A DNA stretch of 39,172 bases from Hadesarchaea archaeon (lineage in GTDB: Archaea > Hadarchaeota > Hadarchaeia > Hadarchaeales > WYZ-LMO6). The notes below the pieces were generated by a model. It did no database searches and had not been told where the DNA came from. It saw nothing but the letters and a program-made list of their open reading frames with translations. Position numbers and translations under genes: made by a program. Positions 9,520 through 18,521 of the stretch are shown here, piece after piece (within the stretch, counting starts at the first letter, position 1; the number at the start of each line of letters is the position of its first letter). The stretch is from contig JAPDJF010000053.1 in NCBI GenBank assembly GCA_029259185.1, positions 1 to 39,172 of the forward strand. The letters run 5' to 3'.

Positions 9520-9528
9520 GTGTTCAAG

Positions 9529-9780
9529 ATGTCTGAAGAAAGAATATACGTCATTCCGCTCAGAGAAGTCAAGAAAAAGGCAAGATACAAGCGAGCATCG
9601 AGGGCTGTGAAGGTGATTAAGGATTTCCTCAAAAAACACATGAAAACGGAGAGCGTACGGATAGACGAAGATTTGAATAAAAGAATATGGGAGAGAGGCG
9701 CACAAAAACCTCCAGCGAGGATAAGGGTGAGGGCAGTAAAAAAAGATGATGGATCAGTGGAGGCATTTCTGGCTGAGTAA
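9529..9780 (+). CDS. rpl31e: 50S ribosomal protein L31e
   Basis: ERIYVIPL, RAVKVIK and LNKRIWERGAQKPP motifs. Confidence 0.96.
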   Translation: MSEERIYVIPLREVKKKARYKRASRAVKVIKDFLKKHMKTESVRIDEDLNKRIWERGAQKPPARIRVRAVKKDDGSVEAFLAE

Positions 9781-9789
9781 AGGGATACG

Positions 9790-10458
9790 ATGCCTTTTGT
9801 GCGTCTTAACCTCGGTCGTGTGCCTTACATCGGAGTGTTCAGTCTCGTCACCGATCGAGTTGCGCTCTTCCCAAAAAGAGTGAAAATCGATGAATCGGAA
9901 GTGGAAAAAACGCTTGGAGTGCCGGTGGTCCGGGCTGAGATAATGCGATCTCCCTTATTGGGGGTGTTCTTAGCGGGAAACTCAAGGGGGGTAATCGCGC
10001 CAGAACTCTTGGATAAGGATGAAGAGAGAACTCTGCGTGATTCGGGGATCGAGGTCACGAGGATCTCTGGAAGATTTACGGCTTTGGGAAACCTTCTGTT
10101 GGTGAACGACAAAGGTGGTCTCGCGAGTATCGTCCTACCCCAGCAGACGATTGAAACGATAAGTTCTGCTCTAGAAATTCCTATCGAAAGAGGAACGATA
10201 GCGGGGCTCAAAACCGTGGGGACAGCCGGAGTCGTGACGAACAAGGGTGCGCTTGTACACCCAGATATCACCGAAGAAGAACTTGAAACGATGAAGCAAG
10301 TGTTAAAGGTTCCTGTCTTAACAGGTACAGCCTGTGATGGGGAAAAATATGTGGGGATATGTGTTGTAGCAAATTCTAGATCATTTCTTGCGGGGGAACC
10401 AACCACAGGTGCTGAGTTGGGTAGGATAGAAAACGCATTAGAGCTCGTGGGGGATTAA
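9790..10458 (+). CDS. eif6: Translation initiation factor 6 (aIF6)
   Basis: IGVF, AGNSRG, ALGNLLLVND, TNKGALVHP and TTGAELGRIE motifs. Confidence 0.95.
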   Translation: MPFVRLNLGRVPYIGVFSLVTDRVALFPKRVKIDESEVEKTLGVPVVRAEIMRSPLLGVFLAGNSRGVIAPELLDKDEERTLRDSGIEVTRISGRFTALGNLLLVNDKGGLASIVLPQQTIETISSALEIPIERGTIAGLKTVGTAGVVTNKGALVHPDITEEELETMKQVLKVPVLTGTACDGEKYVGICVVANSRSFLAGEPTTGAELGRIENALELVGD

Positions 10459-10462
10459 CGGA

Positions 10463-10615
10463 GGGCTTTGCACAAAAATTAGCCCCCGAGGCCAATTTCC
10501 GTGCTCGGGGGCTCGAAGTCTCCCCAAGGGCCGAAAGCCCCTGCCGTTTTGGAGACCAACTAACCACCATCTTTTGGATCCATTTGACTTTTGCGGTATT
10601 TTTTGTGCGAAGCGT
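10463..10615 (+). mobile_element. MITE-like element, short copy (153 bp)
   Basis: Terminal inverted repeats GCTTTGCACAAAAA / TTTTTGTGCGAAGC. Flanks TTAACGGA / TAAACGGA (7 of 8 match, possible TSD). Both ends match the element at 36948-37257 in inverted orientation. Confidence 0.8.
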
Positions 10616-10665
10616 TAAACGGAGAAAATGGCTATATGGGGGAAATTCAAAAACTAAAGGAAAAC

Positions 10666-11103
10666 ATGCCAAAACTCACCGAGGAAGAAAAACGAAGACT
10701 TGAGAGCGCATTGGCAGAATTTGAGCAAAGCCAAGCGCTACTGGAGGTCCTAAAGGGGCAGATAGCACTTCTCACGAATTCCATGTCTGAAGTCTCGACT
10801 ACGGCTGAAACCATAAAGAATTTAAGAAAATTGGAATCCGGGGCTGAAATACTGGTGCCGATAGGATCGGATTCATTCGTTAGGGCAAAGCTTCCGTCCC
10901 TCGACAAAATAATGACGGGAGTGGGTGCCGGGGTGGTCGTAGAAAGGGATCCTGAAGAAACGATCAAATTCCTTGAAACGCGGACGGCGGAGATAAGCAA
11001 AACTATCCAAGAGCTGAGGGCTAGACTTGAGAGCTTAGGGGAGAGAATAGAGTCTCTCAGACCAGAGATAGAGAGGCTGCTGGCCAAATCTAGAGGGAAA
11101 TGA
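10666..11103 (+). CDS. pfdA: Prefoldin subunit alpha
   Basis: EILVPIGSDSFV and GVGAGVVVE hairpins flanked by coiled coils. Start 10666 or 10636. Confidence 0.93.
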   Translation: MPKLTEEEKRRLESALAEFEQSQALLEVLKGQIALLTNSMSEVSTTAETIKNLRKLESGAEILVPIGSDSFVRAKLPSLDKIMTGVGAGVVVERDPEETIKFLETRTAEISKTIQELRARLESLGERIESLRPEIERLLAKSRGK

Positions 11104-11106
11104 GGA

Positions 11107-12108
11107 ATGTTTGAAAAGCTGAGAAAAAAATTAGGCGACGTAAAAAATAAACTAAGCAGAAAGATTGAGGAAAAGTCTGAAAAGCCGGAGGGAGTTGTTA
11201 AGCCTTCAGCTAAGCTCGAGGTCAAAAGGGCTCTTAAGAAAGTAGCTCGAATAGAACTTTCCCCTGAAGACCTTGAGGACATCTTATGGGATCTCCAAGT
11301 TTCCTTGTTGGAGAGTGATGTGGCGGTGCCAGTAGCTGATCAGATATTAGAAAAAGTTAAAACCAAACTCGTAGGCAAGAAGATCGGTATTAGGGAGGAC
11401 CCGAAAAGGATCGCGAGCGAAGCACTTCGGGAAGCCATAAACGAGATCCTTAGAACAGGAGGGAAGGTAGACCTGCTTGAGGTGGTGAAATCAAAACGTG
11501 CGAGAGGGGAGCCCGCGATCTTCGTTTTCTTCGGTATAAACGGTACGGGAAAGACCACCACCATCGCTAAGCTCGCTAAGTATCTGAAAGATAGGGGTTT
11601 CAGGGTGGTGTTAGCTGCTTCGGACACTTTCCGCGCGGCCGGTATCGAACAGCTTGAGATCCACGCACAAAAAGTTGGTGTGGAAGTGATCAAGCAAAGA
11701 CGAGGGGCCGACGCAGCGGCGGTGGCATATGATGCGATAGCCCATGCAAGGGCTAGGAGAATGGATGTGGTTCTCGTAGATACGGCTGGACGCATGCAGA
11801 CCGATATCGACCTGATGGATGAGATGAAGAAAATAGTCAGGGTAACGAACCCAGATCTGAAAATATTCGTGGGCGATGCTTTGACGGGCAATGATGCGGT
11901 CGAACAGGCCCAGACTTTTGACCAAAAGGTGGGAATAGATGGTTCCATTCTTTGCAAAATGGACGCGGATGCGCGGGGTGGAGCAGCGCTCTCGATAGCT
12001 CAAGTCACCAAGAAGCCGATCCTCTTTTTGGGAACCGGGCAAGATTATGATGATTTGCTTGAGTTTAAACCAGAGATAATTTTAGAAAATCTCTTCGACA
12101 CCGGATGA
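11107..12108 (+). CDS. ftsY: SRP receptor FtsY
   Basis: GINGTGKTTT, DTFRAAG, DTAGR, KMDADARGG and GTGQDYDDL motifs. Confidence 0.97.
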   Translation: MFEKLRKKLGDVKNKLSRKIEEKSEKPEGVVKPSAKLEVKRALKKVARIELSPEDLEDILWDLQVSLLESDVAVPVADQILEKVKTKLVGKKIGIREDPKRIASEALREAINEILRTGGKVDLLEVVKSKRARGEPAIFVFFGINGTGKTTTIAKLAKYLKDRGFRVVLAASDTFRAAGIEQLEIHAQKVGVEVIKQRRGADAAAVAYDAIAHARARRMDVVLVDTAGRMQTDIDLMDEMKKIVRVTNPDLKIFVGDALTGNDAVEQAQTFDQKVGIDGSILCKMDADARGGAALSIAQVTKKPILFLGTGQDYDDLLEFKPEIILENLFDTG

Positions 12109-12109
12109 G

Positions 12110-13096
12110 TCATGCCTTCATCCTATCCTTTATTTCACGTATACGCTCGAGATAGTCGGTCTTGAGTCTTTCGTACTCCTCGGCTGAGATCTTTCCCTCT
12201 TTTTTGAACGATTTTAATCTTTCCATCATTTCTTCAAGTCCGTGCAGCATGTACTCCATCCTCATCTTCTGATCGGATGGTCGCATGCTTTTAGCTTCCT
12301 TTTCACGTGTTTTCTTCTTAGCCATCTTGGAGAGGTGTCTGAAAGCTAGGTACATCAAACATATCCACCCCACCAAAAAGATCAACTCAGAAAACATCCG
12401 AACGGTACCTTCACCGAAGAAAAAGCGGATTGAGATGAAGGAATTGTTCAGACCGTGCATGAAAACTGGTGCTACGGTGTTCCTAGACTTGGTGTATGCT
12501 ATTCCCATCCAGCAGAAGAATAGAAAGGCTGATCCGAACATCGTCAAACCAGGAATCCCAAAGTTGAGATACCAGAGGTGTACCGAGGAATGCATCGCAG
12601 AGGTACTCAAGATCGCGAAAATGGCCCCCCTATGGATTAGCCTTTCCAAAATGAAACCCCTGAAAACGAGTTCCTCAGAGAGAGCCACGGGTATAAATGA
12701 GGAGACCATCAAGTACGCGAAATACCAATCCGGCAACTCTCGTCTCATACGATTGAAGACTTCTTCACCAGGGTCCTTCCCTACGATCCTGAGAGCAACT
12801 TCTTGATAGGCTGTTAGGATGAATGTGAATACCACGAGTAGAGCCAATATCCAAACGAAACCTAATCCGAGTCCCCTTTTCTTGACCCCAACTGCCGACC
12901 AAAATTTTCTTTTTTCTCCCCTTAAGAAACCGAAAATGAGGAGGAGGGGAAGGACATATCCTATCCACTCCCCGACTATAGACCCGTAGGGCGACTCGAG
13001 TTCTATCGCGATTAACCCAACTAACCCGAGCGCAAGAAAACAGGATAGCCAGACGATGAGGATCGGGCCTGATTTCTCTCTATATTCCCTTTTCAC
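12110..13096 (-). CDS. CPBP (CAAX protease/Abi) family intramembrane metalloprotease with soluble C-terminal tail
   Basis: EELVFRG, HSSVH and HGLNN motifs; multiple TM helices; GKISAEEYERLK SHOCT-like end. Confidence 0.85.
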   Translation of the reverse strand: MKREYREKSGPILIVWLSCFLALGLVGLIAIELESPYGSIVGEWIGYVLPLLLIFGFLRGEKRKFWSAVGVKKRGLGLGFVWILALLVVFTFILTAYQEVALRIVGKDPGEEVFNRMRRELPDWYFAYLMVSSFIPVALSEELVFRGFILERLIHRGAIFAILSTSAMHSSVHLWYLNFGIPGLTMFGSAFLFFCWMGIAYTKSRNTVAPVFMHGLNNSFISIRFFFGEGTVRMFSELIFLVGWICLMYLAFRHLSKMAKKKTREKEAKSMRPSDQKMRMEYMLHGLEEMMERLKSFKKEGKISAEEYERLKTDYLERIREIKDRMKA

Positions 13097-14465
13097 GAAT
13101 TTCCTCCAGTTTTTTTCTCAGAATGGCAAGGGCTTCCCTCGGATCTGCCCTCCTCCTGCTCGCTGCAACCACCTTTCCCGTCAAAAAGTTGAGGACTTCA
13201 GACTTTCCTTCAAGATATTCACACACAGCTTGCTTGTGCTCGCGGATGACAGTGTTCACCACAGAGTCAAGCTCCTCTGGCTTGGGCGGAGAGAGTCCAA
13301 GCCTTTCGAGTATCCGTTCCGGATCATCCGGTTCCTTCACGAGTTCACGTAGAGCTAACTCCCCGTGCTCTCTCGGAATCTTTCTTGTCTCTACGAGCTT
13401 CAACAGACGGATTAGCTGGGTAGGGGTAAATCTGACATCTCTTGCCTTTAGGTTCACGTAGTTCAAAACTTTTTTGAGTTTGGTTCGGAACCAGTCCGCG
13501 GCGAGCTGAGGTTGTACTTCGGCAGCAACCCGCTCGAAGAGATCTGCAAGTTCCCGCTCACTTGTGATAACCCTCGCAGCTTGGGGAGATATCCCATATT
13601 GCCTTGCTAAACGCTTTTCTCTCAGGTGGGGTGGCTCAACCATCTGTTTTTTTATCCGCTCCACCATCTCTTCCGTGATGATGATCGGGAAGATATCTGG
13701 ATCCGGGATATACCTATAGTCCTCCTCGAACTCCTTTGTGCGCATGGGGACTGTTATCATCTGACTTTCTAGGTACGCCCTGGTTTCCCTCGTCACCACT
13801 TCACCTCGTCTGATTCTTTCCGCCTGTCGCTGCATTTCGAACTTTAACGCACGATAAGCTCCTTTGATCGAATTTATATTTTTGACTTCCACCCTTCCGC
13901 CCCCTTCGAGCGAAACGTTGACATCTGCACGCATTGCGCCCCCTGCTTCGGGTCTGACCTTACGAGTATACTCTAATACCCTCGTGAGTGTTCGCAGAAA
14001 ATTCCTAGCTTCTTCTGGAGATCTCATACCAGGTTCCGTAACTATTTCAACCAAGGGAACACCTGAACGGTTGAAATCTACGGTTCCGCTCACTGGATCG
14101 TATTGTCCAGGATCCTCCTCTATATGAACCTCCCGGATTCCTACCCCTTCCAAAACTCCATTCATTGCGATCGGCAAACTCGTCCGCTGATACCCGCTTG
14201 GAAGATCGGGATAATCGTAATGTTTCCGTTGGATGTATATTGGCTTGTTCTTCACTACCTCACATCCCAGCATGAGGGATATTTCCACGGCAGCATCTAT
14301 TGCTCCTTCATTGGGCATCATGGGTTTGGCTCCTGGCATCCCCGTGCATATTGGACAAACGTTCGTATTGGGGGGGACCTCAGCATAATTCGTGGGACAA
14401 TTACAATACAGCTTCTTGCTCGTCATGAGCTGGAGGTGAACCTCAAAGCCTATCCTGACTTGGAT
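13080..14465 (-). CDS. gatB: Asp/Glu-tRNA amidotransferase subunit B
   Basis: IGFEVHLQL, YPDLPSGYQ, EEDPG, DFNRSGVPLVEIVTEP, RVEVKN and DYRYIPDPD motifs. Start uncertain (see findings); the ORF-track start is 14585. Confidence 0.95.
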   Translation of the reverse strand: MQVRIGFEVHLQLMTSKKLYCNCPTNYAEVPPNTNVCPICTGMPGAKPMMPNEGAIDAAVEISLMLGCEVVKNKPIYIQRKHYDYPDLPSGYQRTSLPIAMNGVLEGVGIREVHIEEDPGQYDPVSGTVDFNRSGVPLVEIVTEPGMRSPEEARNFLRTLTRVLEYTRKVRPEAGGAMRADVNVSLEGGGRVEVKNINSIKGAYRALKFEMQRQAERIRRGEVVTRETRAYLESQMITVPMRTKEFEEDYRYIPDPDIFPIIITEEMVERIKKQMVEPPHLREKRLARQYGISPQAARVITSERELADLFERVAAEVQPQLAADWFRTKLKKVLNYVNLKARDVRFTPTQLIRLLKLVETRKIPREHGELALRELVKEPDDPERILERLGLSPPKPEELDSVVNTVIREHKQAVCEYLEGKSEVLNFLTGKVVAASRRRADPREALAILRKKLEEIREKGI

Positions 14466-15820
14466 GATTCCACCTCCAGAGCTCGCATCACTCTTAGGAT
14501 CTTCTCTTCCCCCAGCGGTTTTCCCTGAACCTGAATTCCAACTGGAATTCCGTTCACCTCTCCAGCTTTCACCACTCCAGCGCATGTTCCTGCGAGATTG
14601 GCCGGGATCGTGAGATAATCGTATGCGTACATCTCAAGGGGTGTGAGCCTCGTCCCGAGCTTGTGGGGAAGCTTGGGTACAGTCGGACCCACTATTGCAT
14701 CTACCTGTTTGAGAGCTAAACTGAGTTCCTTTCTTATTAGTGTCCTCACCTGAAGCGCTCGTTGGTAATACCTCCCTCTGTACTCTCTCCGGCTTATGTA
14801 GCTCCCAAGCATTATCCTTCTCAGAACTTCCTCACCACACACACTCTCGATGCGTTTTCCGTACTTTCTTCCGTCGTACTTTCGGGTAGCAGAGAAGAAC
14901 TCAACCGAAACTATTAGGTAATATGCGGAAAGTGCCTGCTCGATGTGGGGAAGGCGGATCTCCACGATCTCGGCTCCGAGGTCCTTTAGAAATTCCACTT
15001 TTTTTTCTATCACCCCTGTTATCCGTGGGTCAGTTAAATTTGAGAACTGGGGGCTGACCCCTATTCGCATTCCCTTCACCCCACCGTTTAACTCTCCATA
15101 GCTAACACGCTCGACATCCATCATCATTCCCTCTGCTTGGTTCTTCCCCGCGATGACTTCGAGTAGTAGAACAGATCCTGGGACATCGGGAGAGATAGGT
15201 CCTATCTGATCCAAGCTCATACCCAAGTCAATCAACCCTTGTCTGGGGACGAGCCCATAAGTGGGTTTCACCCCTATGACTCCGCAGTGACTGGCTGGGT
15301 TTCTGATGGATCCACCGGTGTCGGTGCCCAGAGCCAAGTCACACATCGCGGAAGCTACAGCTGCTGCGCTTCCACTGCTTGAGCCCCCCGGGATATAGCC
15401 AGGAGCAGCCGGATTGTCCGTGGGACCGAATGCACTCGTCTCTCCACTTGAGCCACATGCGAATTCGTCCATGTTCGTCATCCCTATGATGATTCCTCCT
15501 TCCCTCCGGATCCTTGTGATCACCTCAGCATCGTATGGACATACATAATCCTCAAGTGTTTTCGAAGCACATGTTGCTCGCAGACCTTTCACGTTGATGT
15601 TGGACTTCACAGCTATAGTGAGCCCCGCTAGCTTTCCAGCCTCACCGGCTTTTAGCATGCGGTCGACCTCGCCCGCTTCTTCCATCGCTTTCGAATTGAT
15701 CTCTAAAAACGCATTGAGCTTTCCGTTCAGTTTCCGAATGCGTTCCAACGCTAGTTCGACATTTTCTGTAGCAGAGAGTTCTCCGTTTCTGATAGCTTCA
15801 ATTTTTTCTAACGTGCCCAT
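14450..15820 (-). CDS. gatA: Asp/Glu-tRNA amidotransferase subunit A
   Basis: Amidase signature NMDEFA, PGGSSSGS, GTDTGGSIRNPA and KPTYG. Confidence 0.96.
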   Translation of the reverse strand: MGTLEKIEAIRNGELSATENVELALERIRKLNGKLNAFLEINSKAMEEAGEVDRMLKAGEAGKLAGLTIAVKSNINVKGLRATCASKTLEDYVCPYDAEVITRIRREGGIIIGMTNMDEFACGSSGETSAFGPTDNPAAPGYIPGGSSSGSAAAVASAMCDLALGTDTGGSIRNPASHCGVIGVKPTYGLVPRQGLIDLGMSLDQIGPISPDVPGSVLLLEVIAGKNQAEGMMMDVERVSYGELNGGVKGMRIGVSPQFSNLTDPRITGVIEKKVEFLKDLGAEIVEIRLPHIEQALSAYYLIVSVEFFSATRKYDGRKYGKRIESVCGEEVLRRIMLGSYISRREYRGRYYQRALQVRTLIRKELSLALKQVDAIVGPTVPKLPHKLGTRLTPLEMYAYDYLTIPANLAGTCAGVVKAGEVNGIPVGIQVQGKPLGEEKILRVMRALEVESSKSG

Positions 15821-16077
15821 CTCGCCACCTCAACCCTCAATTTTCCGTCATCGTCGGAAGCGGGCATTATCGAAATGAAACATTTCCTGAATTCTCTACG
15901 TACTGAAGGAGGTGAAGGTTCACCGTCAGGACGCAATGGGTTTACAAGTTCCTGCCCGTAGTATGTCTCCTCTTCTACTGGGAGGGATTCGATCACGCGC
16001 GTGAAAACTCTTAGGATTTCTTCAGCGCTTCTTTCGATTTCTTTTGGATTGAGATCCTGATCCTTTGAATCTGACAT
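15808..16077 (-). CDS. gatC: Asp/Glu-tRNA amidotransferase subunit C
   Basis: 89 aa directly upstream of gatA; EETYY and NPLRPD motifs. Confidence 0.8.
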   Translation of the reverse strand: MSDSKDQDLNPKEIERSAEEILRVFTRVIESLPVEEETYYGQELVNPLRPDGEPSPPSVRREFRKCFISIMPASDDDGKLRVEVARWAR

Positions 16078-16109
16078 GGAAAACCGTTTGAAGTCACGTA
16101 TGCAAAAAC

Positions 16110-16619
16110 TTAAGATTTGGGGGTAACTAGAAAGTCACAATGTTCATCCCCCTGGGAGAGACAGTGAATCTCCTCGGCCACGAATTCTCTCTTCACGAAC
16201 TCTTCGGTTACTCCTGCTATGAAACCAGCCATGTAGTAGCAAACCTTCATCCCCGTCCTTCCCATCTGTTTAGCGAGAAAGGTGCCATTCTTGAACCTCA
16301 GGATTCTCTTTCCGTTCTCCTTCAAGAATTCGATTTCCCCCGCACCGCTACAGGTGAAAAATGCGTTTGAATACTGCACCTTCTCCCGTATATCCTTATT
16401 CTCTAAGTGGAACTCCTCGGTCAACCACTTGCCGGCCCTTCTCCCGCAGTCTATTCCTATCTCATAGAGGAGGGAAAATGGGAGACCAGTCCGTATGTCT
16501 CTGGGGATCACATCTTGAATTTTCTTCCCCATACTCAACATGCAACAAAACCACATCTCGAATGCCTTTCTCCAGTTCCTTCCAAGAAACTCTTCTATCT
16601 CCTTCCTAGCCTTCTCCAT
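16110..16619 (-). CDS. V4R (4-vinyl reductase) domain protein
   Basis: LYEIG..G, CYYMAGFIAG and EIHCLSQGDEHCDF motifs. Confidence 0.85.
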   Translation of the reverse strand: MEKARKEIEEFLGRNWRKAFEMWFCCMLSMGKKIQDVIPRDIRTGLPFSLLYEIGIDCGRRAGKWLTEEFHLENKDIREKVQYSNAFFTCSGAGEIEFLKENGKRILRFKNGTFLAKQMGRTGMKVCYYMAGFIAGVTEEFVKREFVAEEIHCLSQGDEHCDFLVTPKS

Positions 16620-16673
16620 CTTTTCTTTTCAACTCACCAAAATATTAAGCTTGACTTCAGGGGATATGGGGGC

Positions 16674-17285
16674 CTAGGAGGGGTCCCTAGCCAGCCGTTC
16701 AGCGATTTTGAGATCGGCGCTCCTGTTCACATTCACAAGCCTTCTAACTTCCTTGCATATGAGAACTTCCTGTTCGATCCAAGGGTCGTCTACCTTTCTC
16801 CCGTCGATGATGTTGATCCCCACTGGAACAAAGCGTTCGCTCCCGATCTCAAAAAAGTACTGGGGTTTCAATCCAATTCTTTCATAAAGCCTGAACGGAA
16901 CGACCACGGTTAACGCAGGTTTCGTGCACCGCTCATAATACTTCACAACTTCATCGACTATGTCGGCTGTAAGGAGGGGCAGATCTGCCGAGACCACGAG
17001 CACCGGCAAAACAAAACCAAGCTTCTGGATCGCATAGCGCATGTCGGAATGATATCCTTCACCAGGAGTTCTAATGACTTCTAACGACATTTTTCTAACG
17101 ACCTCCTCGGTAAGAGGTGTGGCTTCGCTGACTGCTACAGCTATTTTTCTTACACGCTTGGAGTGCCGAAGGGCCTCGATAACACTCTCGATCATGGTTT
17201 TTCCACCCACCTTTAGCAAAGGTTTCTCACCCACACCTAGGCGTTCAGCCCTTCCTCCGGCCATCACGATTGCCGCTATGCCCAT
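16674..17285 (-). CDS. cobY: Adenosylcobinamide-phosphate guanylyltransferase (CobY)
   Basis: MAGGRAERLG.EKP, GEGYHSD, ADLPL, PVGIN and NVN motifs; cob operon context. Confidence 0.9.
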   Translation of the reverse strand: MGIAAIVMAGGRAERLGVGEKPLLKVGGKTMIESVIEALRHSKRVRKIAVAVSEATPLTEEVVRKMSLEVIRTPGEGYHSDMRYAIQKLGFVLPVLVVSADLPLLTADIVDEVVKYYERCTKPALTVVVPFRLYERIGLKPQYFFEIGSERFVPVGINIIDGRKVDDPWIEQEVLICKEVRRLVNVNRSADLKIAERLARDPS

Positions 17286-18034
17286 CCGGCCCCCACCAAT
17301 ACCCCCACGATGTTAATCGTTCTAGTTATCTCATTAGTCGCACCTAGGACATCCCCAGTCACGCCACCGAGTCGTCGGTGGGCGATCGATGTAAGGATGA
17401 GAGACGACACAACCGTAGTGAGCACCATGATTAGCCCGAGGGATCGAAGGAGAAGTGAGGAAAGAATGGTGGAGATCGAGAATGCGACCAAGAGACGATA
17501 TGAGCCAGAGGGGCCGTGCATAGCATTGATGAAGTAAGTGTTCACCCCCGGACGTGCAGACCTACCAGCCGCGGCCATGACTATCATCGAAAATTTGGCT
17601 AGAGTCTCCGCGACTATCAAGGTTGGGATTATACGGGAAACGTTGAGTTCAGCAACAGAGGATGCCGTTGCCAGTAACAAGAGTGATCCCAGCATAACAC
17701 CACCTGTGCCGATCCTCGGGTCATGCATGGCTTCGAGCCTCTGCTCTGGAGAACCGCAAACTATGAGGGCATCACCGAAGTCCAGAAGACCATCGAGGTG
17801 GTGAAACCCGCTCAACACATAGATGAACCCGGTCACCAACACCCCTGTGACTAGAGGTGGAACGGAGTGCAAAATCACCCATCCGAACGCTCCAGCGAGG
17901 AGACCGATGAGGGCTCCAACCACAGGGAAAAAATACATATTTTTCGCCGTCTTCTCCAATCCTTGGGGCCCCCCTCCAACAGGGAAAATGGTGAGAAATC
18001 TTAGAACGTTTTTGAATCCATCCACGGCTTCCAT
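17276..18034 (-). CDS. cobS: Adenosylcobinamide-GDP ribazoletransferase (cobamide synthase)
   Basis: FLT, HLDGLLDFGD, MHDPRIGTGG and GGVTGDVLGA motifs. Confidence 0.95.
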   Translation of the reverse strand: MEAVDGFKNVLRFLTIFPVGGGPQGLEKTAKNMYFFPVVGALIGLLAGAFGWVILHSVPPLVTGVLVTGFIYVLSGFHHLDGLLDFGDALIVCGSPEQRLEAMHDPRIGTGGVMLGSLLLLATASSVAELNVSRIIPTLIVAETLAKFSMIVMAAAGRSARPGVNTYFINAMHGPSGSYRLLVAFSISTILSSLLLRSLGLIMVLTTVVSSLILTSIAHRRLGGVTGDVLGATNEITRTINIVGVLVGAGWA

Positions 18035-18038
18035 CTTA

Positions 18039-18521
18039 TCACCCGTTCATCGCCCGCGCGTACATACGGGAAGATACCCCCCCGATAAGTCCTCCGATGA
18101 TATCATCCATCACTGGACCCAATTTTTTGAGCACACCCGGTTTGGCCCGATCAAACCTCATGTACTCGAAGATCCCATTGGTACCCCCTACATAATTGGC
18201 TATCGTCATGCCGAGCACCTCATCGGCCACAAAACTTCTTGGATCCTTTTTGAATTCAGATTTAGACATCCCGGGAATACCTCCCCGCTTGCCGCATTCT
18301 TCCAATTTTATTCCGGCTACTAAGAGGGCAGACACGTTTACGTCTGAGAGAGCTTTGCATAATTCTTTGTGGACCAGTTCAGCGGCTTTTTCTTTAGTCG
18401 CCACACCTGGGTGAGGCACATAGAGTTCCAAAACAGTGGCTACCAAATCAGAAAGAGAGATCCCCCTCCGCTCCAGTTCTTCAGTTAATGCCTCTAAAAC
18501 ATGGGTTCCTCTTACGCTCGT
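18039..18521 (-). CDS. cobZ: Alpha-ribazole phosphatase CobZ (archaeal, PgpA-like)
   Basis: ELYVPHPG, DVNVSALL, ADEVLG, FEYMRFDRAKPG and MDDIIGGL motifs. Frame is open up to ACG at 18521; first canonical start is TTG at 18446. Confidence 0.85.
   Translation of the reverse strand, partial: TSVRGTHVLEALTEELERRGISLSDLVATVLELYVPHPGVATKEKAAELVHKELCKALSDVNVSALLVAGIKLEECGKRGGIPGMSKSEFKKDPRSFVADEVLGMTIANYVGGTNGIFEYMRFDRAKPGVLKKLGPVMDDIIGGLIGGVSSRMYARAMNG

Noticed and set aside
10376-10672. ORF-track proteins sharing KLASxANFCAKP (10376-10672 and 37177-37536)
   Set aside because: The similarity only reflects translation of the repeated MITE; no transposase motifs.
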